A DNA stretch of 64,000 nt from Glycera tridactyla (taxonomy: Eukaryota): positions 46,252,001-46,316,000 of the forward strand of contig OZ286469.1 of the NCBI GenBank assembly GCA_965644265.1, in the 5' to 3' direction. A program made the translations under genes and the position numbers. Of this stretch, positions 1 to 12,881 are shown piece by piece (position 1 is the first letter of the stretch; each line of letters starts with the position of its first letter). The notes below the pieces were generated by a model, which was not told where the DNA came from, made no database searches, and saw nothing but the letters and a program-made list of their open reading frames with translations.

Positions 1-386
1 ATTGAAGCAATCATGTTTATGTTCAGAGTCAGTGTGTGGATCATGCTCACAGGCACAAGTTTATCACTTATCTGGACCGAGGCGCTGCAGCCTAAAGCAG
101 TTAGAGATCAATCTGTAAATGTGATAAAAATGGAAAATATCTCTATATTCACTTTAGGATCAACACAATGAGTGCCTTCTGTCACTTGTTCCGAATGCTT
201 AACCCAAATTTTTTGCAAGTTCATGGCTCCATTTTAATGATAATGTTACCAGTTTGAATCTCATCCCTGTTATAGGCCTCTGACCCGAGATGAAACTACA
301 TGTTTGTTGGATCCAAACCAACAAACAGAGAACAGACAGATTGTACATGAATTCCCTTACTCAGCCAAAAAGTGTATAATGTGTGA

Positions 387-623
<237 letters not shown>

Positions 624-1618
624 TAGTCAAAGCTGCTTGAAAGCGTGCATGTATATACATGTATAGGCATGATTCCCAACTATTTGGTGATATGTGCATT
701 ACATCCCCGGTGCTTTTGTGGTATTCTGCACATAATGACCCCATGGAATGTCCAGGTCTATTAGTGGGCTAATTGATCCTTCTGATCATTGGCTCGCAGA
801 TCCAGGGTCTCTATCTTGGTGCGCCTGGCTGAGTGGGTGAGAGAGCAGTCCATCTGGTTGTAAGGTTGTGATATCAACCACAAGTAGAAGGTCTAGCTTT
901 TCACACACTAGGTTTGAAGCAGGAGTGATGAAGAAAACAAAATTACAGATAACTTCTACTCTGGAATGGTTTAAGCTTGACATTTCTATTATCAGTGTCA
1001 TCATTAATAATGGTATACTGTATTGGTGGTCTGTATGTGTAAGGTACTGAATAGTCATGTTGCCTGCCACAAGTTGAGCGCCTGTTTCCAAGAGGTGAAT
1101 GGAACACAAAACAGAGAAACCAGATCTACCAACAGGAATGACTTATTTGTACCAAGAACTTTAACCAAATTTGGTGAATGAAGTGGGGAAATTGCAGGAC
1201 CAAAAGCATGGAATTCTATGTAGTGCGAAAATTGAAGGATCGAAAGCATGGAATTCTATCGATCAGTAAATTGGGAGATCACCCACCATTGGTAACTTCA
1301 AAAACAGATACCGGAAAAAAGTATCTGGTAACAGGACACATCACAAAATTAACTTTATTATCTAGGTTATCTATATTCCATCATTCTGTACAATATACAT
1401 ATTATGTTGTAATACACTGACAATTTCGCAAGGAAACAGTAAATGAACAATTTGGATTGTTATATGAAATTGAATGTACACGTTTTCTAATACATCTGAA
1501 CATAAAATTATAGCTTAATAATCAAGATCAAAGGTAGCAGCAGTCAGCCACCTAATGGCTCTATAGCTAATGTTATTTGTTTGAAAATGGAGGCACTTTG
1601 AATAAAATTTAACTCATC

Positions 1619-1752
1619 TTTCGGTCACATCAAAAAGCGGTCTTCATGGGCAGGTGGTCTTTATAGAGAGGTCATTTACTGTTGAAAATACTACCACGGT
1701 CGCAGCTCAGGCGGTCTTTATAGAGAGGTGGTCTTTAGAGCAGGTTCGACTG
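1619..1752 (-). mobile_element. Partial Tc1/mariner/pogo-type MITE (same family as 6203-6379, inverted)
   Basis: Ends ...aggttcgactg followed by TA. Internal sequence is the reverse complement of 6203-6379. Left end missing. Confidence 0.75.
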
Positions 1753-1902
1753 TATTTGTCATTGTCAATGTCATTAGTAGAATGATCTTGCAGTCTCCAG
1801 TTGTCCATCAGCGATGGAGAACAATGTAGTCTCCCTTGCAGTCATGTTGGAACGCCGAGTTGTGTTGCGAGATTTTTATATCAATCATAATTTGATTTTC
1901 AG

Positions 1903-1970
1903 CAAATGGATCCTATGCAAGTGTGTCTTAATAACATCAACAAGGAATTCATCCCATTCAACCGAGAGAC
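1903..1970 (+). CDS. STK32: STK32 penultimate coding exon (phase 0-2)
   Basis: Acceptor tttgattttcAG|1903 and donor 1970|GTAAGT. Encodes QMDPMQVCLNNINKEFIPFNRE, matching the STK32 motif CL-x-x-I-x-x-E/D-F-I-x-FNRE. Phases fit both neighbouring exons. This reading frame is not in the ORF track. Confidence 0.88.
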
Positions 1971-1975
1971 GTAAG

Positions 1976-1976
<1 letters not shown>

Positions 1977-2010
<34 letters not shown>

Positions 2011-2043
2011 TTATGTGTGTGTGTGTGTGTGGGAGTGTGTGTG
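1977..2043. repeat. (GT)n microsatellite in STK32 intron
   Basis: Direct reading. Confidence 0.9.
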
Positions 2044-2800
2044 CAAACACATATGTTATTTTGTGTCTATGTACTCCAAGAAATGGAAGCTTATTTGAAA
2101 TGTGAGATTTTTTACATGTAGGCTTTTCATGGAGGGCTCTGCTTCACATCCCAAGCATAAAAATATACGTAGCTCAATTAGAGCTCAAGTAAGGCACCAA
2201 AGTATGTGCTCTCATAATTTCCTTGTGAATACTTTCCTGGGATGTTCAGAACAATCTGTGGAAAATCTGAGGTCGTCTTACTCCATATATCGCTGGTGAA
2301 TATGCTCAGTTCCCTTCAATACCACCACTGAACTGGCATGTACTGATGATCTGCAAGGGATTGGCAGTATCAACTGACAGTAGACTAATGTATTCGGCTC
2401 TTTGATGATGTCAGTGTCCTATTTGTCAATGTCACTGTATCCAGCTTCATATTGCAAGTACACATGTCCAATTTGAAGATGGGATTTTTCCTCAGATTAG
2501 GCTCCTAATGAGGTGCATGGCACATGTTTATGCGCCTTTTTTCCGCAATAGATGGTATGCAGGATGTAGACTGCTTGTCGGTGGTTCAGACTTATATGTG
2601 GAATCGATATATGCAACAGTACAGACAAACTTGTCCTAAGCATCCAGTATACTAAGCAGTCACCTATCTTTAGCGGTCATATTTGCATCAACAATTTTAT
2701 ACTCTCCACTTTTCACAAATTCTTGATCAATTTGAAGAGAGAATGAAATTGTTTAGAAAATAAGAGTAAATAGTCAGTTTTTCTTGTTCATCTTTTGTAG

Positions 2801-3083
2801 GGAACTGGCGCGGATATCAGAAGAGAAAGACGCAGCAGAGAAAGAAGCCAATACAGAAGAGCCAAGCAGTGAAACATCACCCAACAGAGACTCTGAACCT
2901 CATGAGACGGAAAATTCAACACAAAATGAGACCAAAGCAGCATGTGAGGAGCAGAAATGTAGTACGGTAATTGAAGGCGAATCAGAAACTGTTGTGACGG
3001 CAGGGTCTGAAAAACCCTCAGAGCACGAAAAACCCTCAGATCACGAAAAACCCTCACAAGATGTTGAAGATACTGCATCCTAG
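2801..3083 (+). CDS. STK32: STK32 terminal coding exon, acidic low-complexity tail
   Basis: Acceptor ttcatcttttgtAG|2801. The first G completes ACG (Thr) begun in the previous exon, then ELARISEEK...VEDTAS, stop TAG at 3081-3083. Confidence 0.8.
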
Positions 3084-4269
3084 TGACCAATTATAATCTA
3101 TCCTAGTGAGCTCAGTGACACGTCCCTAACATCTCCACCCGCACCAGCCTTTATTTTTGTTGGTATTTTCAAAATGTATTCTGTACAAGAAAGTACAAAT
3201 AGGACTAATTTAGATACAGTTTGGCATACTGAAGTTTGGCCAGTCTGTAGACTTCGTTTTATCATGCACATTATTTGTCTATTGTGAAATGTTCACATTA
3301 TAGGAGTGGTTAACTGTACACCATTGGAATGTACTGATCACATTTTCGGAAATCATTCAATTTCATTCAAATTTGGTTTGACTGGAGGAGCTAGGTGGTT
3401 GGAGCCATACTGAAGATCCAGGTTCAAATCCACAAGAAATAGGCTGATTTCTGAGAAAGTAAGCTGTGCATTCCGATGGCATATCATGATATTTTCCGTT
3501 CCAACATTAATTATCCTGAGCTAAAGTGTAATCAGAGATGCTGACCATCAGCAGTTATGATAACTCTTTCGGGGCCTATCTTGCAGCATATCAAAAGTAC
3601 TCCATTTAATTTGAAATTTCTCATCAAGTCCATGGATAGCAAGTATCTCTACTTCTACTCTTGAAGAATGGCCACATAACTTTTTGTTCATGAAAACTTG
3701 GCATCCCTATATATTTCACTGAGCCACAAATCACGATATTCCGTGGAACTGATGCATGAATAAATGTTGCAAAAGAGGCGTGTGATTTGTTGGAGAATTC
3801 TCATTCTCTATAGCTCAAAGAGCTGATGGGTGGCATTTGAAGGATATTACATGAAATTATCTGAAATATGTGCCAAGATGGTGGCTGGGTATCGATTTCT
3901 TGGTGAAATATATGGGTTACATGTAAATGAGCAGGCATGCCACCTTGGCAGAAATCAGTACCTGATCCATTACGCATCCATTTCAGCTGCTATTATTCCA
4001 GATCTCAGCCTAACACCTACCATCCGGCTATATATAAATCAGCAGTCTAACCTGCTGACTATTACCCCTGCCCAGACTTGCAAATTTCTTATTTTGAAAT
4101 TTTCCAAAAGTATATCTGCATAGAATCACTGAAAAAGGTACATGGAAGTCAATACAGAATTCATTGGATTCTCGTAAAAGGATAAACACAAGATAGACAG
4201 AGAACGGTGTGGTTTTACCAGAGGTCTTAGGTTTTGTTCTTTCTTTCATCAACCCAGTGCATGCCGACT

Positions 4270-4470
4270 GGGATATCAAGGGCCGGCCGTGTATTTAGGA
4301 GCCTTTTCCTTTACGCACGTTAAAGATCCACTGTTGTCTTTCGCAAAGAGTAGGGATGGCCCCCGGCAGACAGTGACTCTTTTCTTCAGCATTTTCAGTT
4401 TTTTCAGCCCGATATAACCCAAGCGGGTTCAAGTGACGTTGAACTCCAACAAACAAACAAACAAACAACA
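4270..4470 (+). mobile_element. SINE remnant with Deu/Nin-domain-like core and (CAAA)n tail
   Basis: gcacgttaaagatcc...tcgcaaagagtaggg resembles the Deu/Nin SINE domain as recalled; ends in caaacaaacaaacaaac. Confidence 0.5.
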
Positions 4471-5854
4471 ATCAGCCGATATACTTTAGATTATGTGTAC
4501 CATGAAGTCATGTCCTCAGCTCACTAGGATTATGATTATTACTGTAATAAAATGTATATTCGATGTTTTATTAAACTGAAGATTTACTGTGTATATTTGC
4601 AAACTGGACTCCCCAGTAGTTTAAGATATAAATTTGATTAAGATAATGAACCAGTTCATCTCACTGGTTCAATGTACAGACCAGATATGGGGAGTTCAAG
4701 TTGTTGCATTTTTCATATTTGTCCACCAATTTTTCTAGTCATGATGTACCATCTTGTATGTAAAAATGTAAATCTTTGGGTTTGTATGAATGTGGCATTT
4801 TTAAACTCTGAAGGTGCTGTTATGTACTATAACCTCTCCCATGATTCTGTTCACCACAAAAAAATCATTGGTTGCAGCAGAGCACCTTGTAGCACCCCAA
4901 GATCCTGATTCCCATGCCCATCCATGTAAATCCTGCTTTGATCACACACCTGCTTCCTGCACATACACAGGTATACTCTTGGTATAGGCAGGGGTGTGTA
5001 TGGACCACATATATTCCCTAACATTTGTGTTTGAGACATGTGACTGGTGGGGAAAAAGCAAGATCTGGAATAGACAGTGGGCATATTCCCAGGGGATGGG
5101 ACTTGTTGAAGCCAACAAACCAACCATCACACACTCACACACACCCTCTCTCATGCCCGCCCCCCCCCCCGCTCACTCACACACACCACATACACCCTGT
5201 CTGGGGTGACTCAATTTATAATGGCTTCATCCTGTAGAACTGACAGAATCAAGTGGCTCCTCTTCAGTCAAGATGGAATCTGCAATGAGGAACCTCTTGA
5301 TTGAGCTCGGATCAAGCAAATGGTATAGCCTGGATCTTGCTCTCTCGTTGCTATTGACTCTCGATATCTCCAATATGGATTCATTGCTTTCAGACTGTTT
5401 GATCCCTACACGCCAGGGTGAGATTGCGTGATATCTCCCAAGAATGTGCTTGTTTGTGTGCCATGTTTGTGATGCTGTTATTATTGAAGACAGGAAAATT
5501 ATCATTCACAAGGGTTTTTAGAGACTCCACACTTCAGCTTTCAAGATCAGCTGCCATCCAAAGAAATTTCAGTTCATTCAGTAACACCTGATATTGAGAC
5601 TGCACATCAGTTTTATGAAGACAGAAATTCTGGAAGTAATCATTGAACACAGGTTTGTGATGAACCTTAGCCTTGTAGATCCATTACCATCATATTTTAT
5701 GAAAATGTGACTGAGAAAGAAGTCCCTATACATGTATTTGATTGGTGTGATGGATATGACTGCGAACATCCCATATTATCACCTCAAAATAACTACAATG
5801 CCCTTGCAGGTCAGGTGGTCAACTGGCAAATGGATTTGACCTGCGAAAGAGTTA

Positions 5855-6031
5855 CAGTCAAACCTATTCTAAGCAGCCACCCTCCGGGAAGGCAAAAAGT
5901 GGCTGCTTAGGGGAGGTGGCTGCTCAGAGCAGGTCAATTATAGTGGGAAAACCTCTGGCGGGAAATTCAAAAGTGGCTGCTTAGGGCAGGTGACTGCTTA
6001 GTAGAGTGGTTGCTTAGGACAGGTCAGACTG
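5855..6031. mobile_element. 177-bp Tc1/mariner-type MITE (GGCTGCTTAG subfamily)
   Basis: TA|cagtcaaacct ... aggtcagactg|TA; internal tandem ggctgcttag motifs. Confidence 0.8.
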
Positions 6032-6111
6032 TATGTACAAGTATGTTTGCGAGTTTCAGAATACATCAACCTAAAATATATGTGCACTTTGCACTGTAGG
6101 ATTGGAGAGTA

Positions 6112-6466
6112 CAGTGAAACGTGCAATGAGTGTTTACCCTGAATTATACCAGAGTGTGGTCTCTCACATGAAATGGTATCTTGTCTATGGTATATTTGAC
6201 TACAGTCAAACCTCCTCTAAAGACCACCTCTCTATAAAGACCACCTCTCTATAAAGACCACCTGAGCTGTGACTGTGGTAGTATTTTCAACAGTAAATGA
6301 CCTCTCTATAAAGACCACCTGCCCATAAAGACCACTTTTTGATGCGCCCAAAGGCGGTCTTTATAGACAGGTTTGACTGTATGTCAAATATGAAAACTGG
6401 CCCGAAAAGTGGTCTCTAACCAGAGATGGTCTCTCATCGAGGGGTCTCTCCTCACAGGTTTTACTG
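6112..6466. mobile_element. Tc1/mariner-type MITE interrupted by a nested MITE
   Basis: TA|cagtgaaacgtg ... cacaggttttactg|TA (imperfect TIRs). The centre is a hairpin atatttgac...gtcaaatat split by the 6203-6379 insertion. Confidence 0.6.
6203..6379. mobile_element. 177-bp Tc1/mariner/pogo-type MITE (GACCACCTCTCTATAAA subfamily)
   Basis: Perfect 11-bp TIR cagtcaaacct/aggtttgactg, TA duplicated at 6201-6202 and 6380-6381. Related copies near 1.6, 12.7, 44.2 and 46.6 kb. Confidence 0.88.
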
Positions 6467-7679
6467 TATGCATCACATCAGCTGCCAGCGTCAGTATTGT
6501 CACCATACATTTCTTCATGAATCTCTCTGTATATCTGATAACATTATGTCCATTTCTGTATATTGTACATTGCTTTTGAATGCATGCCATATTCTCATTT
6601 TGTGTCATTAATTTAGAGTACGCCTCAGTTCATTTCATTAGTGTTCAAATTAGATATAATCCATCATCATCACTCTGTCTGTATTTCAACAATAGCAGGG
6701 TCATGAATTTCATTGAAAAAAGTTTTATATTAGTCAACTTGGAGGATCAAAGACATATGATTGTGGAGTAAAAGCCGGTATCCATATATGTTTATGATTT
6801 ATTATATACTACTTCAATAGACCCCAAATATGTCTTGGACATCAGCAATTCCAGCCTTGGTGTACAAAGAGACATACACAAATATGCATGCACACATGTA
6901 TGGATGCAGNNNNNNNNNNNNNNNNNNNNNNNNNNNNNNNNNNNNNNNNNNNNNNNNNNNNNNNNNNNNNNNNNNNNNNNNNNNNNNNNNNNNNNNNNNN
7001 NNNNNNNNNNNNNNNNNNNNNNNNNNNNNNNNNNNNNNNNNNNNNNNNNNNNNNNNNNNNNNNNNNNNNNNNNNNNNNNNNNNNNNNNNNNNNNNNNNNN
7101 NNNNNNNNNNNNNNNNNNNNNNNNNNNNNNNNNNNNNNNNNNNNNNNNNNNNNNNNNNNNNNNNNNNNNNNNNNNNNNNNNNNNNNNNNNNNNNNNNNNN
7201 NNNNNNNNTCAAGGAACTACACACCAGGCTCATTGGGGCACATATTCACCCTCCTTAGAGTAGTTCTCAATCCTTCAAAGTCAGCTTTTCCCTCATTTCC
7301 GCTCTTCCTTCTCCTTTATGTACATGAGAACTTTCAATGGACTCACTGCAGTGGAAATATTCCAACATTTCAAAAGATGAAGCCATCTCCCCTTTTGCTG
7401 ATCAATGTTTTGTGTCCACACCTCTGGATATATTTTGAGTCCTGCTTGGCATGGAATTTGACAAGTCAGTGACTCAATATAGTAATGTTCTGAATGTAAA
7501 TTAATGTCTGCTATGTGGAAGTGTGAATGTGATCCATTCCAAATATTGGGAATCTTTGGGGCTGTGTTGTGATCCTGTAATTTTCACTAATATATTGTAA
7601 ATAGCAATTATAATTATGGAATAAAACTGGTACTCTCTTACCATGATGTTTGGTGTTTGTCTTGCTTTTCTATAGGCAT

Positions 7680-7970
7680 TGCAATCAGGCTTGAGTGTTC
7701 CAGCCAGTTACATCCAGCTTCCAGCCAGTTACGTAGTTAGATATGCCATTGTCAGGTACATTATGTTTATGTTGTGTAGTTAGAGGTGTGTCTGAACTGT
7801 CAGCTACTCCCACTTGACATCCATTAAGGTTCCCCATCATCTTGTGCTCAGGGTTTGTGTAAGTGATGTCTGCAGGGGAGAGAAGATCTAGCTTTCATTA
7901 ACCAGGAACACACGGCATGCATAACCCTAGTGTTGATAAATGCCATTTAACTTCAAACAAACAAACAAAC
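7680..7970 (+). mobile_element. Dispersed SINE/LINE 3'-end family with (CAAA)n tail
   Basis: Core agaggtgtgtctgaactgtcagctac...ctagctttcatt(a/g)accagg recurs at about 43400-43630 (+), 52130-52575 (+, partly duplicated) and 40244-40440 (-). Confidence 0.7.
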
Positions 7971-8119
7971 GCATTGTATAGATCCTGGAAAAGGTCGGGA
8001 TACTGTCAGCTGAAGTCAACTGCCTGCTAGCTCAATGTATGTGGGATACATTCATGTACATGGTAGTATGTATAGCAATGCATATGCCAATGAATCCGAG
8101 AGGAAATAGTTGAGGGTCT

Positions 8120-9000
8120 CAATTGGAAGAAAAAGTATCCCAACCTGGTAATTCTTCACATTTGTCCTATCCTCTGAATGGAACCTCTTATAGACAAAAT
8201 CGGGAGCGTCATCGTAGCAGACCGCTGGGTTTTGGTTACCTTAAATGCCAAAGTCCAACATGTGAGCAATATCGAAAAGCTGGATCATCACAAACGCTAT
8301 CAGCCAGTGATAGAAAGGCCTGGAGGGAGCTTCTTGTGCAGAAAGGACGCAAAGTCAAGGACGCAATTGATGATATATCCTCTAAAGCTATCTTGCATCT
8401 TCATTCAAGTGGTTTCAGGTATGGGTTACTGTCTGTTCGCTGATTTCAGTACTATTTCTATGCACCGGGTACCTACCAGGCACATCAGGCAGATTTGAGA
8501 GTGAGTTCAGGGAAGTTTGGTTGCATTGTACTCAGCATACTATAGGCAACTGGCTTGGTTTCGCAGAAATTCGAGCTTTCATCGGCTTTATGGAAGCAAT
8601 AAATGCCAGATATATTTTTCCTGGTCGATACGTCAAGCCATTAAACTTCAACCTAAGTAAATGATCTTAAGTTTCTTTTTTATAAGTAGCTGGTGTCGCT
8701 TTTAAGGGGTAACGATGTAATGCTCTAAACGAGAGATTCCGAGAGATTTCTAGGAGATAATGGAGTAGGGAAAAGTCCTGGCTGTCAGCATATCGTTCTT
8801 GAGCATTGGGGATCGATCAGCTATGGGGAAAACTCAGTGCATATATCACCTATAACGAATCAAGACATTCACTGAAATATTACCATGCGATCTGACTTGA
8901 TTTGAAATGATTCCCTAAGTAGAGTTCAACAGTTATCCTTCAAGCATCTGAGTTAGTCAGTATCACATTGGAGTATAGGGAATTTTTGTCACAATCTTCC
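8120..9000 (+). pseudogene. Possible decayed Penelope-like reverse transcriptase relic
   Basis: Fragments in shifting frames (LVTLNAK, VKDAID, FIQVVSGMG, later SYPSS) are ordered like PLE RT motifs LVTLDV, Q-x-x-G-x-x-MG and GYP. Heavily disrupted. Confidence 0.35.
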
Positions 9001-9229
9001 TGAGATTCTGTCGTATTCAAACACCACAGGAGAATGAATATTGTATTGCTGCTTCAATGACATCTTGCGGAACAGAGAGTAAGTATAAGTATCCAGGCAT
9101 TCCCACATACAGCAGTGGCAGTGTCAGTTCTAACCGGCCGTCGACAAGGAGAGCCTCCCTCACTGAATCACACAGGTCATTGCTGCACTCCTGTCGGCAA
9201 ACAGATAAACCATGTAAACACATCGAATA

Positions 9230-9600
9230 ACTAATCAATCAACCACCGCAGTAACCAGGCCCTGGGCAAACTAATCATGAAACCAACCATCCAGACAGGT
9301 ATGCAAACGACCGACCAAAAACCAAACTGATCAATGAATCAACCAATCAAACGGACCAGCATCCAACCGGCTGTCAACCAATAAACCCACCAATTTGCCA
9401 ACCATCACGCCAATGAAATAACTGACCAAACAACCAACCAACCAATCATAAAAGTGACCAAGCAAGCGCCCAAGCAACAAATAAAATGAGACTGACTAAT
9501 CAATGAACCAATGAACCAACTGATCGATTCAGATTAACCAACCAAATAACCAATCAACTAACCAAGCGATCAAACGACCAAATATTCAATCAGATAGACA
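9230..9600. repeat. Degenerate (AACC/AATC)-rich low-complexity tract
   Basis: Direct reading. Confidence 0.8.
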
Positions 9601-9670
9601 AACATTTGCATGATAGCAGTGTTCTTATGCTAAATGAGTGTGGGGAGGAGTAGTCCCTATCTAGATGAGG

Positions 9671-9870
9671 CAGGGCTCTAGGTTGCTACCTGCGGGTAGC
9701 CAATGGCTACCAAAATTACCACCCAGCAACCATATTTTGAATGTTTTGAAAGTTTGAGAGGCTGTAATTAACAATGCATTGACTGGCTACCAAAATTTTA
9801 GTAATGGCTACAAAATTATCAACTTAGGGGCCAGGTGGCTCCTAAATACTTTGGCCATGGTGAGACCCTG
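9671..9870. mobile_element. hAT-like MITE candidate
   Basis: cagggctcta ... tgagaccctg imperfect TIRs with internal ggctaccaaaatt repeats. No matching 8-bp TSD found. Confidence 0.45.
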
Positions 9871-10319
9871 AGAGATACTCAGGTGAGATACTCAGGTGAG
9901 ATACTCAACAGATGGTGAGAAGCTGAAGTTCAGGTCAGGCAATAGCCGGGGGAAACAATTATTCAACAGCTGTATGAACCATCTCACTCAAGTGTCCCAA
10001 GGTCGACCTCATCCATCGATTGATTTAATCAGTAGAATTAGCAGTGTTTTCGAAATCATGAATCATTTGCGATGTATGTCACTATCTCAGTGGGACCAAT
10101 TCTCCGGATTTTTCCGGAAGTTTTGTGAAAAATTGGAGTGGAGAAATTGTGTGAAATTTTGCTGGAATTGTGAGAATCAATACTTTCCAGAGAATGTCAG
10201 CGTTGTTTCAGAAAACATATCCATATATCAAAATAAAGTCTGCATCATTGACATCGCTGCTATCCAATGACAGGATGGCTTGTCTGTTGCCAGTAGTACA
10301 TGCACAAACCTAGACCGCT

Positions 10320-10900
10320 GGAAGTTGGTTGGTTGGTTGATTGGTAGGTTGTTTGGCCAGTGAGGGGGTCAAGTATGGATAGGTTGGTGGATTGGCTGCT
10401 TGGCCAATTGATGTGGGGGTTGGAAGACTCACTGGTTGGTCAGTCGTGAGGTTGGACAGTGAGTGGCTGCTTGATTGATCGGTTGCTTGCTTGTTCCGTC
10501 GGTGGGTCAGTTACATGGCTGGTTGGTTGCTTGATCAGTTGGTGGGTCAATTGCATGGCAGGTCGGTTGATCAGTGGGTTGGTCCATTGGTTGAGTTCTT
10601 GGTCGGTCAGTGGGTCGGTTCGGTGGTCGTTGGGTCGTTGGTCTGTTAGTCAATTGGTTGGTAGTTTGCGTGGTTGGTCAAGGGTCAGGGTTGGTAGGAT
10701 GGGTTGTCTATTGGTTGCTTGATCTGTTGATTGGTTTTCCGGAGGATGAGTGGCTAGGTTGGTTGGCTGGCTGTTTGGTGGGTTGGTCGGTAAAATGGTT
10801 GGTTGATCGGTTGGCCAGGGATCAACTGATGGTATCGTTGGTTTGTTGATTGGTGGTGCGGTCAGTCGGTCGGTCGGTTGGTCCGTCAGCTGGTTGCTCG
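10320..10900. repeat. Degenerate (GGTT/GGTC)-rich low-complexity tract
   Basis: Direct reading. Confidence 0.8.
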
Positions 10901-12026
10901 GTTGGGCATAAACCGCATTTCTCGATCAATTTCATATGTTTTGAAAACAGATGTGCTTTGCTTTTACAGCGCATCAGCATAAATAGATGGTGGAGAGCAA
11001 GCCCATTTGTTGAGAGAAGGTGTAGTTAGAGACCCAACCTCATCTCTGCTTAGCTGATATCCAAGTGGTAAAGATATTCAGTCCGGACATACCTCTACCT
11101 ATATCTCATAACATAGTGGTATCCATTTAGTAACTATCCTATGTATGCCCCTGCTTCATCGAAATGTATGAGGTGGGCAGAACGCTTCTACTTCAACATC
11201 GTGTGGTCATCCCGCGGGGAGTAAATTCCCATTGTCAACGATAGTAGGTGATATCTTAGCCAGAACAGGATTGAGTGTTGTGAAGAATCTCCCGAAGGCA
11301 AATGTACCAAATTAAAAAATGTGAATATTGGTGTTGCATACTGCAGGGAGAAGCAAATGGAAATATGGATATGCTGCATTGGTCACGTCAGATCGCAATG
11401 ACTGATTAATGAGACGAAACACCAGCTGAAGTCAAGTGCCCCAATGAACATCGCAATACCACTTTGGTTTAGAATTTACTTCTAAACTATCCTATGGCAG
11501 CATCACCATCTGTCTCTTGTGGGATTGCCGCTGTCTGAGAGGCGCTGTCACTTTAGCAATCGCCGTGTATTCTCACTGTTGTGCCACTGGCAGATCACGT
11601 GAGGGTAATTTTTCTGGGCAGAATTTGACCAAGTGGAAATACTGCTCTTATGGATACGAAAACTACTTGTTATGCCCCACCTCCAAGTGTGCTGGTACAG
11701 CCTACTTGTTCTGGCATCATCCAAATACTCGTCCAATGAGAGGCTGCGTCAGTTTTGAGGTTGAGCAGTTTCATTGTCAACATTGAATATATTTTCATGT
11801 GCAAAAAATGCCGGTGATTGAGAAAGCCAAATCAAGCATATTTACCAATATGTGCCTTGTTCGTCTTGAAATGTAAACGAGGTAAACCATATATCTTTGG
11901 TATTCACTTATGCACATAAAACGTTCCATTATGCATCTTATCTGCAGTATTTCCTCGAATGCTGGGTAACATATACATGGTGGATACAATGTGTACAGTT
12001 ATAACTGCTCCTGAGACTGCTAAAAT

Positions 12027-12403
12027 ACTCTGTCAAATGTGGCGGGTACGTTTCAAGCGCTAAATCCGCCATTTCCTTTCAGATTTGGGAGTTAATGGCG
12101 CGAATAGACTGTAAAGATCTTTCGGTGATTTTCCAACCTGGTTTCGGACAGTCTGCATAATTTCATCGCATTGTTTTGGCGATATTATCGGCGAAGATTT
12201 GTATGTTATTTAATGGGGATACGGCCTCGCGGTGGAAGATGAAATCTACATATTTGGAGCGCTATGGTGAAATATGCAAGGGGACCTCGCCCTGATCACA
12301 TTTCTAGTCGCCGGAGATGTCAACAATGTCTGTACAAGTGAACATGAGTCTCATTTTGAACCGATGCGGAAAACGCACCCGCCACGATTGAACTTGACAG
12401 ACT
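12027..12403. mobile_element. TIR MITE (CTGTCAA...TTGACAG family, possibly PIF/Harbinger)
   Basis: actctgtcaaatgtggcgggtacg ... cacccgccacgattgaacttgacagact. Homologous copies at 52642-53044 and 56325-57059. Confidence 0.7.
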
Positions 12404-12724
12404 TCAGCATAAATAATGTCAAGCAAGCTACCATTCTTCAAAAAGATTGACACATAATGCAATCTTCTCAGTTTGCTGAGCGCGCTATCGACATCATGTT
12501 ACGTATATATACACAAATGAAATGAAACAACCATCTAAGACGCGTGATGGATAGGTAAACATTCTCACAGACAGTAACTTGAGATGACACATGAGGCATT
12601 GGCACACATGTCGCGACCTTGACCCCAAAACCTACAGGTGAACTCCGCGAACACCGTATAGAATCTATCCTCACTGGCTGGTAGGTAGATTGGTGGAATG
12701 ACTGGATGGTTGTATTTTCAAAAG

Positions 12725-12881
12725 CAGTCGAACGTAATCAATAAACCACCTCTATGAAAGCCACCCTGTGCTGCGACTGTGATATTTTTTCGGCAGTAAA
12801 TGACCTCTTTATAAAGACCGCCTGCCTACAGAGGCCGCTTTTCATGCGGCCAAAGGTGGTCATTGAAGACAGGTTCGACTG
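12725..12881. mobile_element. Tc1/mariner-type MITE copy (family of 6203-6379)
   Basis: cagtcgaacgt ... aggttcgactg|TA with the shared internal cagtaaatgacctct motif. Confidence 0.7.

Noticed and set aside
3385-3430. tRNA gene (GGTTCAAATCC B-box; a similar motif lies near 36680)
   Set aside because: No cloverleaf can be folded; at most a SINE head remnant.
6814-7472. ORFs crossing the first N-gap (likewise near 28.9, 29.5, 45.3, 45.9, 53.7, 58.1, 62 and 63.7 kb)
   Set aside because: Their length comes from runs of N translated as X.
9873-9910. Tandem 14-bp repeats (gagatactcaggt) containing splice-donor consensus
   Set aside because: A short local duplication beside a MITE end, with no upstream exon or acceptor to use them.
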